A stretch of 63,277 nucleotides of DNA, the filler included, from Octopus bimaculoides (Eukaryota): NCBI RefSeq assembly GCF_001194135.2. It is 6 parts of 5 records of this genome, joined end to end, with 100 filler letters (N's around TTAATTAATTAA, not from the genome) between each part and the next. Parts side by side here need not be neighbours in the genome. Positions count along the whole stretch, not along the records: positions 38,111 to 53,407 come from NC_068981.1; 5 more parts are not named here. One strand, written 5' to 3'. Positions 39,574 through 51,985 of the stretch are shown here, one piece after another. Made by a program: the position numbers and the translations under genes. The notes below the pieces were generated by a model, which saw only the letters and a program-made list of their open reading frames with translations, did not search any database and was not told the origin of the DNA. The stretch's first letter is position 1. Every line of letters starts with the position of its first letter.

Positions 39574-39869
39574 CCTGCAATCCTATTGATCTATTTAAAA
39601 AATAAAGACAACTGAATATGTACACATACCTATGTGTGTATGTATGTATGTATGTATGCATGTATGTATGTATGTAAGGATACGTCTTTTTGCAATCACT
39701 CTTTGCTCTTTCTTTACTAGTTTATGCTTTAAGTTGCTTTGATATTCCTTTCAAATCTTACAATCCTAAAGCATGAAATATTTACTTTTCAACTAATATT
39801 TTTCTTTAAATAGATAAGTAAAAACATGAAATTTTTACTTTCGTTGATGTTTTATAATGTTTATTACTA

Positions 39870-39933
<64 letters not shown>

Positions 39934-40445
39934 CATCATCATCATCGTTGTTGTTGTTGTCACTATGATTTAAAACATTTTCACATCTGAAACTGTAATG
40001 TCTTTGATTTTGTTTTGATTAGAGATATAGAGATCTTCGTATATCGCTAATCAAAGTCGCTTTATATTTTTATGCGTTACATCATTCCGCAAGCACAATG
40101 ATCGTTAACTCTGTGTGGTATCCGAACCCTTCCCCCACGAACATCCACATCCACCGCAAATGCCACCTTAACCTCTTAAAAAAAGTAAGGACGCTTTGGG
40201 TAAATTACTTCTTCATACACAACATGATCATCAACCTCCAGACAAATGATTGTTACTGGTGGAAATCATTGGATCATAGGTCTCCGCAGTTTGCAGTGAC
40301 CTGGCACTAAACCACCACCATCACCACCTCCACAACAACAGCAACAACAATTATAACAGCAATCGCAACATAATTGTCGGTGATTTTGGTAAAATACCAA
40401 ATGTTGTAGAACATCATGATGTAGAAGGTCATGTTTCCTCTACAT

Positions 40446-40510
40446 CAGTGGTTCCCAATAGGAGCCAATGTGGCCCTTTGGTGGAGTGGGGGCCCATATA
40501 AGATTTTATG
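40446..40510. mobile_element. hAT MITE 5' end (truncated)
   Basis: cagtggttcccaa...ggcccatataagatttt matches the start of the element at 61359. Confidence 0.55.
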
Positions 40511-40558
40511 TATATAAGCATGTGTGAATGTGAAATTGCATGTGCGTGTTTGTATGTG

Positions 40559-40598
<40 letters not shown>

Positions 40599-40669
40599 TG
40601 TGTGTGTGTGTGTGTGTGTACATATATACGATATAGAAGAAATTACGATAAACGCAAGTTTACATTATT

Positions 40670-40762
40670 TGTTCCTACGTATGTTTCACCATTGTGGTTG
40701 TTTGAAACACTACTTCGGATGTTCTAAGTGCGAGTTCAATATTTTACCTGAACCGAGGAACA
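40670..40762 (-). ncRNA. Decayed paralogue of the 50274 hammerhead (catalytic CUGANGA destroyed)
   Basis: The reverse complement tgttcc...aacaaccacaatggt-GAAAC-atac-GTA-ggaaca-aataatgtaaac matches the 50274 motif and its 3' flank. Confidence 0.55.
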
Positions 40763-41059
40763 CTTTCTTGCATTATATTACAGAGAGCTAATGTCTAAAT
40801 GTATGTATAAACATCACTACATATATACGTTCGTATATACAATACATACGCGTGTGTGTGCATATGTTTGTTTGTGTGTGTGCGTGTGATGGCTGAAAAC
40901 TCGTGTTCGAGTATTGCCATCGCCCGATCGAAAGTCCCACATGCGAAGGCTACGATCAGTCAGTTTGAGGATACATACATACATGCATACATAGATACAT
41001 ACATCCATACATCCATGCATACATGCATACAAACATACATACATACATACATACATACA

Positions 41060-41090
<31 letters not shown>

Positions 41091-41313
41091 GTGAGCATTT
41101 ATTTCTTTATTCAGTGAATTCTGAAAAATCAGCTGCTGGTTCTGTTATGTAATATAAATTGTATAATATGCATGACTAAACCGTCTTTTATCATAAATTT
41201 TGAAAGAGGTGATATGAAATTACTTGATCAATCTCAAGTTGTTGAAACAATTGTATACCATGGAATAAACTTATACCATAAACGCTACTCTTCGCTTATT
41301 CTGATACACGTGC

Positions 41314-41459
<146 letters not shown>

Positions 41460-43146
41460 ATCTATGCATATATAGATATATCTACATATACATAAACACA
41501 TATATATATGCTATGTACTTTATACTCTTAGGTGTTTCAGTGAGTTGACATTCAGAAATTTTTGTGTCCGTTCTACAGGCGACTAGTACTGACTTTGAAA
41601 GCTTTGTTATACTCATTATTGGTGTATATACATCAATGTTATGCACACACACACACACATATACACATACACACATATATATATATATATACCTATACAC
41701 AAACAAACTTACATTCATATACGTACAGATCGCAAATAATATACTCTGTATATGGGTGTGTGTGTGTGTGTGTGTGTGTATGTGTCTGTGTACATTTATA
41801 TATTACATTTAATATGTATATACTTTTATACATACATCCATATTCATATAAAGCGATCGATCGGTTGGTCGATCGAGAGAGAGATACAGAGAAAGAGAGA
41901 GTGGGAGAGAGAGAGTAGGAGAGAGAGATTGATGCCACGCAATGAACGTATGCACACGCATACACATAAAGTAGTGCATAGATACATGTATTGTATCAAC
42001 TGTTTTCGATTATATGTCTATATATATATATATACGCATACAATATTAGTTAGACGCTTGTATTTATGCGTGAATGCGCATGTGTGTGTGTGTGTCTATA
42101 TATATCTGTATGCATATATTATGATTGTATGAGAGTATTTCCGTATACATTACTTGTTAAACACTGTTATATTTATGTGTAAGGACGCATTTGTGTATGG
42201 TTAGGCATGTATGTGTATGTTTGAAGTACTTGTATGTGAGTGTATGTGTCTTTGTGGTCGTTTTGTGTATGTGTGTATGTTTATGCATGAGTGCATGCTT
42301 GGATTTGCGGGTGTCTATGAATGCATCTATACACTAATGAGTGTGTATATATGCAGCATACACGCGTTTTATACGCATGCGTTTGAGTATCTGTCAGTAA
42401 GTATGACAATGTATGCGCATAGGTACGAATAATACTGTGTCGGTGTCTATGTATATACATGGATGTGAATATAGGTATGATTATAGTTTGCATGTGCTAA
42501 GTATGTGTATATGAGAATATATATGAATGTATTTGTGTATCAATGTGTGTATGTATATGCTTGTGTGTACGTGCATTTACGAGGGTGAGCATATGCATCC
42601 GTATATCTATCAGCATCTGTATCTGTAAATGCACGAACAGTTGGTACGTATGTGTATATACGCGTGTGTTTTTTGCTAGCAAAAGGACCAACCAACAATT
42701 TCATACAACCTGCAAGAGATGAAAAGCGAACGATGTAGTAATGTGAAAAAATAAAGAGAGGTAATCAGAGATATGATTATAACCCTGCTTGGATTTTTTT
42801 TTAATCTTTTACCAACGTAGTTGCATGCACAGACGCAAGCATAAATCACATGAATGACCGAACATCAAATGATTCCTCTGAAAATACTTATATATATATA
42901 TATCAATATTATTGTATCTATTTTTCTCACCTATATTTTTGCTGTTCCTTCTTTTTTCTGTTTTTCTTGTTATTTTCGTTTTTACTTTTGACTTTCTACT
43001 CGGTAAGGCTTTTGTTTCGTATCGTACAAGAAATTACATACTTCAAGAGATGTACATTCCTTTATATATATTCGTATACATATTTACTAACCGTGCCATA
43101 AAAATTGCAACAAAACTTTTATATATATATATATATNNNNNNNNNN

Positions 43147-43188
<42 letters not shown>

Positions 43189-43661
43189 CGAGAGAGTAAG
43201 AGAGTTTCTTTTGATAAAAACTTTTTCTTTGTATGTTTTTTACACAAATGATGTCCGTTCTCTTTTTTTGTATTTTTACATTATTCCCTATCTTTCTGAT
43301 TTCATCCTACTTACCATTTCGTGTATGTGTATATATGTGTGCATATCTATATACGTATGTATGTATGTATATATGCATGTGTACCCATACATATACATAC
43401 GCGTATATATGATATATATATATGATGCTTTTTTTTTCGATAAACATATAATTTTAACTTGACTATAAAAAGTAAACATTGATACTAAAATTGCATGTTT
43501 GCTAAAAATATATAAATCACATTTGAAATTATCAAAAAATCAAAATGCACACACACGCACACACATCTATGTATGTATATATGAACAAACATATATATAT
43601 GTGTGTATATATATATTTATTTATATATACATATGAACATACATACATATGTATGTATAGT

Positions 43662-43860
43662 GAGGTCGTGTGTCTTAGTGGTTAGGGTGATGCAGTCGTG
43701 AGTTCGTGCTTTCAATTCTCAGACTTTCTTCTGCGATCACTTTCACATCCGACGTGTGGAACATTACGCACCTCTACAGGCGTTGTCCATTTTTGTTTTG
43801 AGAGAGTGAGCTAATCTGCAGTACAAATATTTGATCACAATAAACAAATCATCAGTGCAA
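43662..43860 (+). mobile_element. tRNA-derived SINE (decayed)
   Basis: The head gtcttagtggttagggtg..tttcaattctc resembles A and B boxes. Confidence 0.55.
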
Positions 43861-44106
43861 GCAATTGCAGGACTCTCTGGCGACCTCTTCCTACTTCCTG
43901 TTATTTCATCATGCGGTGACCGTCTAATTGAGACACTCATGTTCTTTTCTCTAACCATTTCTTTTCTCTTCTCGTCTATCCTCTCTGTAAAAGATTGCGT
44001 GCTCGAAAAGCCAAAGACTTTTCTTTCTATTTTCCCTAAGCATAAACCTGATTCACTCTATTTGTTTACATACATACATGTATATACGTCTATGTATATA
44101 TCTGTA

Positions 44107-44191
<85 letters not shown>

Positions 44192-44879
44192 ATGTATGTA
44201 TATATATACGTGTGTGTATGTGTGTATGTATATATATATATATATATGCATATGTGTGCGCGCGCGCGTATTTGTGTATGTATGTATGTATGTACGTATG
44301 TATAATTAATTAATTAATTAATTAATTCAGAAATATATTTAAATTATTGGCCAGAATGAGAACTATCTGTTTTAAATCCCATGTATATGTCCGTGCCCTA
44401 CAATAAATTTTCTGAAACAACAGTAAAAGCTGCCGACATGACATCTAACATTTCGTTCAAAGGATATTTACAGGTTACTGAAAATTAGGAGAACTTTCTA
44501 CTGTATTGAAAGTTATAGCGTTTTGGTGATGACGGGATTATCCCTCACGTCGTCTTCTGGTGGAGTGTAGCGCGTGCATATATAAATGCACTTACACCTC
44601 AGTACATACTACTGGGATGATAGGGCCCGAGTAAGAGGGGAGTTTAAACAGAGAAGAGAATCAAGAGGAGAAAACTGGAAAACACCGATGTTCTAGAAGA
44701 GTTCTAGAAACTGTTTTTAAAGAGAAAAAATTGTAATATAAAATGCATGAAATAAAATTACCTAAAATTATATAAAATATATAAATCCATAAAATACTAT
44801 TTTGGAAAAAATGTTTTCTAGGGAAAAATTAACTGTTATACGTAGATAGAAGGAGCCTATTCTTGAATGTCTTATGTCT

Positions 44880-45200
44880 GAGTATGAATTTTTTCATGTG
44901 TGTGTCGAAGCTAAAGTTTTCTGTGTTTGCATTAAGATAGGCTTGTTGCCATAAGTTTCTCAGAATTATGCTCTATTATTCTATGCATTGGACCCTTGGT
45001 AGCATGCATGGTCTGTAATTTTCTGCGACCTTCTAGTTGATATAAAATACTGTACCATTTTCTTTTCACTGCCCGATGTACCTTATGAGTTTTGTTATCC
45101 CGTTTTTAGTTGGTTTCTTTTTCTGTTGTGATGTGGTTATGAAATCCTCACTTGAAAGACCTTTCAGTCAAACTTCTATACCGTTTTCGGTTGGTGTTCT
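44880..45200 (-). mobile_element. Penelope-like GIY-YIG remnant
   Basis: RYRSLTERSFK*GFHNH..IN*KVAENYRP..LNANTENFSFDTHMKKF resembles the YIGLTExxFKxRFxNH..IxWKI..LNxRSE..RHxxKF pattern. Confidence 0.6.
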
Positions 45201-45566
45201 GGTTCGCTTCTGTAAATTCGTTCTCCGCTTTATTAAGTAATAGCCTCATTATTTTATAAGTCATTTAGCTGGCATGCCGTAGGTTTCCTGCATGAATGTC
45301 CAACCTCAACAGTAAGAGCGGTTTGTAACATAATGTTTTCTAAATTAGGGATACAAGTACAAGTGATCTTAACTGTACGTTTATTGATCACCTTCCTATT
45401 GCTGTGTTTTTATGGGAAATTTCTATCCGTTAAATTTTGGAATACGTTACCTATATTAGATTTAATGTTGAGTGAAAAGGTCACTGATTCTGCTGGCAGT
45501 TCTTTTGTTTTAGTTGTAGCTTTATAGCTGATTCTGTCTTCGTGATTCCGCTACTTCAAGACCCTG

Positions 45567-45603
<37 letters not shown>

Positions 45604-46193
45604 GGAGAGAGGGAGTCCTGTATGCATATGTTAGTATTTAGAAATGAGATAAATAGTGCACTGTATGTGCCGTATACTCTTCCAAGTTTTCGTTTTACAT
45701 GCTCGTTCCGGCATATATTTACATCGCCTCAACTAACACATAATAGGAGAAGCTCAGAGTAGCTTTCAACAGCTTTTGGACAGTTATATATGATTACATG
45801 TGTAAATATATGGACCAAAGATATAAATCCTTACACACAAAAAAAAAATAATAAATAAATAAATAATAAAATAGAATGATTTCTTGCGGACATTAGTACA
45901 ATGCTGCAAGTTTTAAGTGTTGAATTTGGCGATCATAGCTACTAAAATATTTGAGTGGAATTTTATTTTTAATAACCTAGATAAGATGCAAGTCGTATTG
46001 ACTTCGACAGAATTTGAACTTACGACGACATAACTAAATATCGCATTGTCTTTTGGTCAATGCTCTGTTAATTTTCACCCTTAATAAATAGTAAATATTT
46101 TGATGTTTTTTAAAATGGACTTCTTAAATACGCCATTGAACATTTGTTAGGTATTTTCAGTAACAGAAGTATACTTTGGTGACCAAGAAGTAA

Positions 46194-46410
46194 GGCGTCG
46201 AGCTGGCAGGAACGTTAGCACGCCGGGCGAAATGCTTAGCGGTATTTCGTCTGCCGTTACGTTCTGAGTTCAAATTCCGCCGAGGTCGACTTTGCCTTTC
46301 ATCCTTTCGGGGTCGACAAATTAAGTACCAGTTACGTACTGAGGTCGATACGCACTGTCTGTCCTTATTTGTCCCCTCTATGTTTAGCCCTTTGTGGGCA
46401 ATAAAGAAAT
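46194..46410 (+). mobile_element. Young SINE with 9-bp TSD AAGAAGTAA
   Basis: Head ggcgtcgagctggcagg..gagttcaaattcc; TSD at 46185-46193 and 46411-46419. Confidence 0.9.
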
Positions 46411-46910
46411 AAGAAGTAATAGGAATTTAGTGAGGTCCTTGATCATGTGAATTAAGCTATGACAATTATGCAACATTTTTCCCAAAACAAAACAATATAA
46501 TAATAACTTTACAGAATAACACTTCAATTAATTTGTTTGAAATAAAATAAGGCATACCTACAATTAGCTTTTCTTTCTTGTTTAAAATCTCAAAACAAAA
46601 AGAAAATAGTAAGAAATATGTCTGTAATTAATTCGTTAAAAAAAAAAACTACTGTGAAGGCAATATGAAATTATAGTAAACATAAGCGCCATGTTGGGTG
46701 TAACTATTGAAAAGTAAAGCCAGCAACGAATGGCAGCCAATGAGTGTGTTTTACGTTCATTTCAAACTGGAAATGATACGAGTTATAAAGCAGTAGAAGA
46801 CACATGTGTGTGTGTGTGTGTATGTTTTCATATCTGTGTATAAGTTATTTATGTACGAGATGTACATATTACGTTTCAGTATTCGACGTCTGTGTGGATG
46901 CATATGTACC

Positions 46911-46944
<34 letters not shown>

Positions 46945-46995
46945 CACATACATACACATGTGTGTGTGTGTGTGTGCATGTATGTATATTTATAT

Positions 46996-47038
<43 letters not shown>

Positions 47039-48399
47039 CACATGGTGAAGCAAATATTTGCTGATCCCTTAATTATATTTATAAATATACATACACATAT
47101 AGATAGATAGATAGATAGACAGATATTCTTATTTGCTTGTATTCATATGCATATATATGCATTTTTATGTCTGAATATTTTGCCTATATACAAATATATA
47201 TATTTATGTATATAAATATTTGTACATAGGCAAAATATGTATATAAATATATATGTATACGTGTGAGTGAGTGTGTGTGTGTTTGTGTGTGCGTGTGTGT
47301 GTGCGTGTGTGTACGTGTGTGTGTACATTTGCGTATATAGTTTTTGTGCGTTCGTTTATCAACAAACAGACTAAAACATGAATTTGCTTAACTAACCAGA
47401 GAAGTTAATTTTCTATCGAGTTTGATATTCCCTCGATTAACATTAGAGTCGTTTGGTGTTTAGTGGCAACCACCAGACAAACCCTCGCAGGCACAGCTCA
47501 CCGTTTTGTTAGCATTATTTATTGTATCTTTTTTTTCTGTTCGTTTTCGTTTAGTTTTCTTATATTTTCTTATATTTTGCTCATTATTTTGCTGTAAGTA
47601 TTTTCACTTTCTTCCTCATTTCTTTGTTTCATTTTTTATTGTTCTTTTCATTCTTTAATATTTCCATTTTGTTCATTTTTACTTCTAATTTTACTTAGTC
47701 TTTGCATTCGTTCATTCATTTATTCGTTCATTCAACCTTCTCCTGTATCGTGCATACCTTTGCAGCAACTAACCGCTTCTAGATACCACACAATTAAAAC
47801 AACAGACATTAATCTTTAAACTTTCGTTACCAATACGTCTTTTTTTTTTTTACCCTTCTATTTCGTTGCAAGATTTCGGCATTCTCTTGCATTTGCATTT
47901 CACTTCCAACTTATGTATTTATCGATTCTTCGAAACAGACATCAACACACAACCACATCTGTAATTATATTAGATGCACCAACTCAGGTGATGAATTATC
48001 AAGTTATACTCTTCTTGAATATTTTACCAAGTTTATGTCGCTGGATACGTTTTCAATAATTCTTACCGACAAATGTTTACACACTTCATACATATTTCAT
48101 GTAATTAATGAATCAAAGAATTTGCATTTTCCATCATTACTGACTAAAATACAATTCATGAGTGTATTTCAAATCTGAGATGTGTATGCTATGTATATAA
48201 ACCTTATAGAATCTCTTTCATAATTGAATTACATACTTCGTGTAGTGTACACTGTACTGTGCACATGATGTACATAACTTCCATTGTCGTATGCCCCGCG
48301 ATCATTTCTATTTTAGTGTATTCAATAACATGTTCAGGGACAATATCTAAAAGAGTTGTTGTTGTTGTTGTTGTTNNNNNNNNNNAAAATAACGTTTTT

Positions 48400-49050
48400 T
48401 CAGTTGCGGAGTAGCTAAGACTTAATTATATTGTTCCCTTCCCTTTTATTTGCTAGTGGAATCTGATTTGTGAGTGATTACCTGCCATTTCTAACAGAGG
48501 TTCCCTTATTGGCATAGTATTAGGTGATAACAGTTACATTCCTCGTGTCGCGCAACCACTCTAAAAACAATGAGTTCCATTGCGTGGCATAGAAATTACT
48601 CCAAAGTATCGCCTTCATGAAATGTGTCTAAGGTATGTCATTCTGACAGAAGCCATCCCTTGCTAAATCATTCAATAATTTGAAGGTAAAAAATTATAGT
48701 CCCACAGTTGTCTTCCTTGATTACAAAACCCACCAGCTTTCTCTTGATTTCTCTTGATATGTTGTTAGGTTAAGTTATATTTCTATATCAATACTGGATA
48801 ATACTCTAGTTTTCCAACTGTTATACAAATATTTGACCTATGTGTGCCCTGTAGACTACGTTTTGTAGACAAACAAAGAATAGATGTAAGTTTTGAATAG
48901 AAGCAGCAGCATTTATATGACGGATAGTGGTTCTCTTGAACTGATATCAGGAACAACATCCAATCACTCGCCAAACCTATACTACGACATTTCAAATCAC
49001 CACCAGACCACTTTTTTGGCAATTTCCCTGTTTGTCGGAGCTCTCAACGC
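48400..49050 (-). mobile_element. Possible very old LINE RT remnant
   Basis: YLYNSWKTRVLSSIDIE and THFMKAILWSNFYA weakly echo R4/Dong RT motifs; many stops. Confidence 0.3.
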
Positions 49051-49559
49051 CCATCCTCAAAACAGGTGAGAAAAAGAACTTAATTATTACTGTGGTCTCT
49101 TACTCGTGCATAGGCAGTAACGAACGCCTCTCATTCTTGTAGTTTACCGTGACGTTGTTCGCTGTTTCTCTCGTTTTGGGGTTTATTTTTCTTTCAACAC
49201 CCATCTTGTAGTTTGTTATTCTAATTCTCAATAATTTAAATCTATTTATTCACCACTTCCAGTAAATATTTCCTTTTTCTCTAACGATAGATTCCACCTG
49301 AAACATTACACGCCATCTCTTTCTCATGGCAAAATATTTTATTCCACATTGCAAATTTCTTGAATAGAACATACTCTATTATAAGTCATTGCGAGATTAC
49401 ATTTCTTACATTCTTTCATAAGTAACATGAAATTATTAACTCTTAGGGCTTTGAAAAGTCGAAAAAACGAGAAGTCCTGAAAATTTCTTGGCTTTGGGTA
49501 AAATAAAATAGAGGAGAATCAGTCAATTATGATTTTATTCCAATATTCTCTTCTTAGAT

Positions 49560-49685
49560 TCACACACTTATAGCAGCGGTCCTTCAGCTTTTCCAAGCCC
49601 TGTAGAAGAACCCGGAATGTTGGGCCTCCAGCCAGGCCTTTCGCGATACCTTAAAGCCAGGAACTTTTCAGCACCCCCTCGTATA
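49560..49685 (-). mobile_element. Mariner-derived end fragment
   Basis: Terminus tacgagggggtgctgaaaagttcctggc (reverse complement) resembles a mariner TIR next to a TA. Confidence 0.5.
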
Positions 49686-49875
49686 CTTTAGGGTATTTTG
49701 AACAATAGGTTTACCCTTGCTGTATCAATAAGGCGTTGATCAAACGAACTCGAGTCCAAACTATTTAGTTTCTATTCGTTATTGCGATCTTGGTCTAATT
49801 GTGTTTAACATTCAGAGAAGATAGGGAACAGTTTTGAGCTATTTATAAGGTTATTTAATGAATAGCAAGCACTCA

Positions 49876-49940
49876 TTAAATACACCTGCATATCAATAAA
49901 TGTGCTGACAGAAAATTTATTGATATGCAGGTGTATTTAA
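49876..49940. repeat. Perfect 26-bp inverted repeat with 13-nt loop
   Basis: ttaaatacacctgcatatcaataaat (49876-49901) is the exact reverse complement of 49915-49940. Confidence 0.95.
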
Positions 49941-50051
49941 CGCTAAGGTAGAGCACATATATTTGATCGTTATAAGCAAATAATTTGTGCAAGCTGTTCA
50001 GCGAGAAATTGCAGAACCGTCGTTCTCGGACTATGAGAGACTACCACCATC

Positions 50052-50082
<31 letters not shown>

Positions 50083-50273
50083 TGTATGTATGTATGTATT
50101 ATGTACGTACGTACGTGTGTATGTCTGCATGTATGCATGTAGGCATGCATGCATGTATCCATGTATGTATGCATGTATGCATGCATGTATGCATGTCTGT
50201 ATGTCCTGTATGTAGAGTTAGATGTACGACTGCTACTGGTGTATTACATCTATGTGAACATAAAGCAATAGAA

Positions 50274-50356
50274 TGTTCCCCTGAAGAACTGTTGTGGTTC
50301 AGCATCCACTGCAGAGGATGCAAATAACGACAATGGCGAAACGTACGTAGGGAACA
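50274..50356 (+). ncRNA. Type I hammerhead ribozyme with palindromic stem III
   Basis: Perfect 7-bp stem I UGUUCCC/GGGAACA, CUGAAGA at 50281-87, long stem II capped by GCAUCC/GGAUGC, GAAAC at 50338-42, ACGUACGU palindrome and a GUA cleavage triplet at 50347-49. Confidence 0.88.
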
Positions 50357-51228
50357 AAGAATATAAACTATATCTTGTTTCGTTTTTAATAATGCTTTTT
50401 CCTACACACACACACATGTATAATTTGATCCAGATGTATTTCTATCGAAATGTGAGATGGCTATCTTCATTCCACGAGTGAAAGAATAAGAATAAGTCTT
50501 TCAACAGCTTTTGATAAGTAAATAGGTTTTAGTAGTTCTCTCTGTACTGACAAAAATTTGAGCAAACAATGTTTTAAGATTCTGCTTCTCAACTTGACAT
50601 CATGCCATCAAAGTAAATCTTTAAAAGCTAACAACGAATCCTATCCTTTAATATTGCTACGTGGAATTTCAGTGATTCATTGTTCTAATTTCGCAAAATG
50701 GATACCTCTTTGGTCTCAGATATTTTCAATATAAAATTCAAAAGATTTTATTTACTTTCATTCTGTGACTCATCTGCCAAAATAATTTTTTCTTTTACCG
50801 TATATTTTCATAACTTCTTTAAGAATGTCTTCGTTTCTGATTATTTTGCCTCCACTATCGTAGGTGGCAAGTGTCACAATATGATAATGTGGCGTAGAAT
50901 CTTTTACTACATCGCGTTTGGAATACCGATGTTGTAATTTCAAATCTTGTTGAGGTGTAGTTCATATCTCTAACTATTGGTACCAGTCACATAAGAAGCC
51001 GTAATATAATAATTTTTAACATAGGTACAAAGAAATTTGTCGGGTGTAGTTAGACGATTAAATCGGTCACAGTAATTGATTAGTACATTAATTTTGACCC
51101 TGGAATGATAAAAGCCAAACATGAATTCGGTGAGATTTGAACTCTAGCAATATAACAGGGTTCTTTCAAGTAATTATACCTTCCAACTGCAGAAAATAAT
51201 GTTTCACCCACTAAAGACAGTTTTAAAA

Positions 51229-51468
51229 TTATACTTTATTAACTACTAAAGAATTGAGGCATACGTGCACACAGATATACTTTTGGTCGCATCTTGGGAC
51301 ACTAAGGGTTTCGTTGTCTCTTGTGTTCATTAGATACTTTGTAGCAATTTCCTGCTTTTGGATTGCAAGCGCATAGCCTTCGAAGTCTGTATGTATCTGT
51401 TGGTCGTAACGAACAGAAGAAAAACTATTCGATACAATTGTAGAGTATAAGAATATACTTCCGCTCAT
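51229..51468 (-). mobile_element. R4/Dong-like LINE remnant
   Basis: TDFEGYALAIQKQEIATKYLMNTRD matches the recalled FEGYxxAIQEQEIxTKYL region that precedes the CCHC knuckle. Confidence 0.6.
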
Positions 51469-51947
51469 CTAGTTGATTGTTACTCTGGAGTTTCTCTAAC
51501 ATCCGGTCGATTTATCAGTCAGGATATTCTTACTAGTATAAACAAACACCTACCGCTTTTTAGATGGACTGCAATGTATGAGTGGTTGTCCTTGAATTTC
51601 CACATGTAATGGTGTTTTTCAAAGGATAAAAGTTCAATATATCGAAGCACACCCACTCAATATAGAGTGACTCGTATAAAGTGGTGACACATTGAATGAT
51701 ATACGCAAAAGATCACCGTGCGTATGTATGTATGTATGTATGTATGTATGTATGTATGTATGTATGTATGTATGTATGTGTGTATGTGTGTAAGTACGTG
51801 TGCAGAGTTGTATGTTTTGCTTCATGTATGTATACTCATGCATATAGTTGCATATCTAGACATATTCATATATACTTAAATGATAAACTTCTGGAAAGTT
51901 TTACAGATTTTTATGTATGTACGTATGAATGTATGTATATATAACGA

Positions 51948-51985
<38 letters not shown>

